A DNA stretch of 32,000 nt, taken from contig MTSL01000142.1 in NCBI GenBank assembly GCA_002794465.1, positions 10,093-42,092 on the forward strand, given 5' to 3'. Under the pieces are notes generated by a model. The model saw only the letters and a program-made list of their open reading frames with translations, was not told the DNA's origin and ran no database searches. This document shows, piece after piece, positions 28,971 to 32,000 of this stretch (position 1 is the first letter of the stretch; the number at the start of each line of letters is the position of its first letter). Source of the stretch: Paramicrosporidium saccamoebae KSL3 (Eukaryota; Fungi; Cryptomycota). Position numbers and translations under genes: made by a program.

Positions 28971-29942
28971 ATGAGAACATCAATGAAGGCCGTCCGCGTG
29001 CACACTACGGGTGGAATAGATAAACTGACTATAGAGGAGATTCCTGTGCCTGTTGCAAAACCCGGGGAGGTTGTGGTCAAGAATGCGTTCATCGGAGTCA
29101 ACTACATTGACATTTACCACCGAACTGGACTGTATCCGCTGGCGCTGCCGGTCGTGCTGGGACGCGAAGGCTCGGGAGTAGTGGAATCAGTGGGTGAAGG
29201 CGTTTCGGACCTCGCCGTCGGCGATAGAGTTGGCTATCTTGGCTCGCATTCATATGCCGAGTACAACGCCGTGGCTGCGATACATGTCGTCAAATTGCCC
29301 GCTGGAATGGAGCTTGAGAAGGGGGCCGCGTGTCTGTTGCAGGGTCTGACGGCGGGATATTTGGTATTTGACTCTTACAAAGTGCAACGGGGCGATTTCG
29401 TCGTTGTGCCCGCGGCGGCTGGCGGCACGGGCAGTCTGATTTGTCAATTGGCAAAATTGCAAGGCGCCACTGTGATTGGCATCGTCTCCACTGAGAAAAA
29501 GGTGCAGATTGCCAAGGATAACGGTGCAGCTCATGTCCTTTTAACGTCTGCGGACATTACTGCTGAGATCCTAAAAATCACTGGCGGTCGTGGAGCGCAT
29601 GTCGTGTACGATGGAGTGGGCATGGCTCTCTACGAGCAGCTGAGAAAATCGCTTGGGAAGCGGGGTATGTATGTGAGTTTCGGGAATGCAGGTGGTCTGA
29701 TCGAAAAGGTGAATCCCGCCGATCTCATTCCGAAATGTCTTTCATTCATGCGGCCAGTCCTCTTCCAGTACCTTGAGACCCGAGAGGAGGTTTTGGATCT
29801 CACCTCCAGGGTGCTCCCATTGATTGAATCTGGCAAGTTGAACATTCAAATTCACAAGATTTACGATTTTGACAATGTTGCCCAAGCTCACCAAGACTTG
29901 GAGGGTCGTGGCACCACCGGCAAGCTACTTTTAAAGCTTTAA
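28971..29942 (+). CDS. ZTA1: NADPH:quinone oxidoreductase (zeta-crystallin, MDR family)
   Basis: GVNYIDIYHRTGLY, LGREGSG, LLQGLTA, AAAGGTG, VVYDGVG and TTGKLLL. Confidence 0.9.
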   Translation: MRTSMKAVRVHTTGGIDKLTIEEIPVPVAKPGEVVVKNAFIGVNYIDIYHRTGLYPLALPVVLGREGSGVVESVGEGVSDLAVGDRVGYLGSHSYAEYNAVAAIHVVKLPAGMELEKGAACLLQGLTAGYLVFDSYKVQRGDFVVVPAAAGGTGSLICQLAKLQGATVIGIVSTEKKVQIAKDNGAAHVLLTSADITAEILKITGGRGAHVVYDGVGMALYEQLRKSLGKRGMYVSFGNAGGLIEKVNPADLIPKCLSFMRPVLFQYLETREEVLDLTSRVLPLIESGKLNIQIHKIYDFDNVAQAHQDLEGRGTTGKLLLKL

Positions 29943-30265
29943 CGAATGTCTTGGATGTAAAGTGTTGGGTTAGCACGGACAGGCTAATCTTGCACCATAA
30001 ACAGAAACAATAAACACGATACCTTTATAACGCGTCGCGTGGATTTAATGACCTGGTCTCAAGACATGAATTTAGCCAACCGATACAATCTGTCGGTATT
30101 TGTCAATTGAGAGGCCTGTTAGAATCGTGAAAAAGGAGCCCCATTTATAATAAAGGATTCACCTTTTATAATGAAAGATTCCTCTTTTGTAGTAGAGAGA
30201 CTCTTTCTGCAGGTCGGTGGTAATATCTTTTCTATGTAAACATTTAATGAAACGAATAAATCCAA

Positions 30266-30952
30266 ATGTGGCCGTTTGATACTTCGGCCTGGTACTTGCG
30301 ACCTGTCAGTGTGCTGGAGGAATGCAAAGACTTTGAGCAGCAGCGTCACGAAGCGTGTGATTTTATTGCCAAAGTGGCACGTCGGCTCAACTTTCCTTAC
30401 CGAACAATCGCCAGCGCGCAGTTGTACTTTCATCTCTTCTTTTCGCTCCATCCTCACACTGATTATCCCTCTATGGATATTGCCCTCACCACGCTACTCG
30501 TCGCATCAAAAGCAGAGGAGACTTTTCAGCGAATACAACAAATTTTGGTAGCAGCCTACCGGACCCTAAACCCACAAGCAGAAGGTAAAGTGCGCATCAT
30601 TGAAGAACACAGGGTGCGGGTCACTCAGTACGAGCATCTCGTTTTGGAAGCCATTGACTACAACTTTGCGGTGCGTCATGCCCACGAAGTCTTAGCAAGG
30701 ATAGGGGCTGAACTAGACTTGACGTCAGAGTCTATGAGCAGTGCCTTTCGGTTTTGTAAGGATTGCTACTACACGCCAATTGTGTTGTGTTATCCTCCCG
30801 AGTTTATTGCAGCGGCAGCAATAATTTGGATGCGAACAGCTGAGGGGAGCAAGACGGAAGAGATGCGCGTACTAGAAAAGCTTGTAGGATCGAGTCAGGA
30901 AAAGATTCTAAAGATTATCGACTTTGTAAAGCAATCGAATAAAGCAATGTAG
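30266..30952 (+). CDS. Transcriptional cyclin (cyclin K/T/Ctk2-like)
   Basis: Cyclin box ..RTIASAQLYFHLFF..LLVASKAEET and YEHLVLEAIDYNF..H; second fold CYPPEFIAAAAI. Confidence 0.8.
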   Translation: MWPFDTSAWYLRPVSVLEECKDFEQQRHEACDFIAKVARRLNFPYRTIASAQLYFHLFFSLHPHTDYPSMDIALTTLLVASKAEETFQRIQQILVAAYRTLNPQAEGKVRIIEEHRVRVTQYEHLVLEAIDYNFAVRHAHEVLARIGAELDLTSESMSSAFRFCKDCYYTPIVLCYPPEFIAAAAIIWMRTAEGSKTEEMRVLEKLVGSSQEKILKIIDFVKQSNKAM

Positions 30953-30960
30953 ATACGATG

Positions 30961-31036
30961 CAGGATACATGATACATGATACATGATACAGGATACAGGA
31001 TACATGATATAGGATATAGGATATAGGATACAGGTA
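30961..31036. repeat. Heptamer microsatellite (C/T)A(T/G)GATA, 10 full copies, between convergent cyclin and SAS-6 stops
   Basis: CAGGATA, CATGATA and TAGGATA units in exact 7-nt register from 30961. Confidence 0.95.
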
Positions 31037-31066
31037 GTGGTTCCGATTGCACAAAAAAATCAAGGT

Positions 31067-32000
31067 TTATTGGAGCTGTTCCGGGAGGGTGGAGGAAGAG
31101 GAGCTATGCGGCTCGCCAATCTTTGTCTTTCCCATCCACGTTTCTGGGGACAATCTCGGACTCTGTGGGAAGAGTATTGGGTTACTCATGTATTTGCCAC
31201 CATTGCGACCCAACATCCTGCTTATGGAATCCTCGTTGATTTGATGATGGAGCCACTCAATCACCTTTTCATTCGCCTCCACCAGTTTCCTACTTTCCGC
31301 CAGCTCAACAGCAAGCCGATCCCGTTCCGCATGCGTCTCGCCCAATTGGCCCTTCAACTCACCCACCTCTTTCCGAAGCGTATCGTATGAACCCTGTGTC
31401 TCCTTTCCAATCCTATCGACTTGTTTAAGGGCACTTTCTGCAGAACGAGCACGATGTCGCAGCGACTTTACCTCATCTTGGAGTTTCCGAATAATTTCGT
31501 TGGCCTTGTTAATGTCGCTTTGTATTCCGTGGGATGTGCTATGACCGCTACCAAGACGCTGACGAAGATCATTCACTTCGGCCTCCAATGCCGTCTTTTG
31601 GTTTATCAGTTGTTGATTCTGAGTCTCCAACCACCGCAACTATGGCATTAGTTGATCTTTGCGTGTACCTGTTCGTCCAATGTTGTGGATGGCGGCATAT
31701 ATGGCATGGAAGGTTGTTTCCCCAAGTCGAGCCTACCGACACCATACTCTTGTGGTCTATTCAATGGAACATTTCCCATTTTTAGTCCTTCAATTTCATC
31801 CTTGTAATGACGGACAACACTCCCAAGGTGCCTCTTTAGGTCCTGTTCGGATGGCTGCGTAAACCGGAGTACCAAGTGTACAATCTGTCGAAAGGAGGTA
31901 GATTCCAAAATTGAGAGCGCCGCTCCCGCCGGCCTCCCCGTTCCAGTGTCCTCGGCTTGAACTTGCAATGTGGTCGCAAATCTATCAATTAGCTACGCTA
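31067..32000 (-). CDS. SAS6: SAS-6 centriole cartwheel protein, 3' part (5' end outside window)
   Basis: Head-domain end LSILESTSFRQIVHLVLRF..SEQDLKRHL resembles SAS-6 LNVVETNPFKHLTHLSLKL..NDVEIKKFL. Coil motifs KANEIIRKLQ and ESRKLVEANEKVIEWL match. A 29-nt intron lies at 31640-31668, and an acceptor with branch CTAAT at about 31982. Confidence 0.82.

Noticed and set aside
30030-30040. ACGCGTCGCGT, MCB-like cell-cycle elements upstream of the cyclin
   Set aside because: The motif is short and expected by chance, and the cyclin is of the transcriptional class rather than G1/S.
1-32000. Transposon, integrase or viral insertion
   Set aside because: No transposase, reverse transcriptase, capsid or terminal-repeat signature was seen. 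The ankyrin duplication has no evident TIRs or target-site duplication.

Overview
This is eukaryotic DNA from a very compact, gene-dense genome. I find about 21 protein-coding loci in 32 kb and 23 protein-gene introns that I could place by hand, all 29-38 nt long (median 31). The gene content points to an early-diverging fungal relative: a fungal-type snoRNA cluster and Rua1-like domain, a respiring mitochondrion (SURF1, mitochondrial IleRS) and a centriole gene (SAS-6). A rozellid of the Paramicrosporidium type is my best guess, but that is inference only. Left to right: 3' part of CDC50; a non-coding host gene with five box C/D snoRNAs (snR78, 77, 75, 74, 73); three Hsp31/DJ-1-family paralogues that all have Gly in place of the catalytic Cys, interleaved with mevalonate kinase, guanine deaminase and D-aminoacyl-tRNA deacylase; an orphan helical protein; dynein light chain; a VMP1 fused to two SAP domains; an orphan membrane protein; La; Sir2; a Rua1-like and a forkhead transcription factor; TMCO4/DUF726; a glycosyltransferase-like protein; a secreted ankyrin-repeat protein and its internally deleted pseudogene copy flanking SURF1; PP4 catalytic subunit; mitochondrial IleRS; quinone oxidoreductase; a cyclin; and the 3' part of a shortened SAS-6. 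The strongest leads are the intronic snoRNA cluster (invisible in the ORF track), the Cys-less DJ-1 trio, the SAP-SAP-VMP1 fusion and the shortened SAS-6. No database searches were run. Family assignments and yeast rRNA numbering come from motif recognition and memory.
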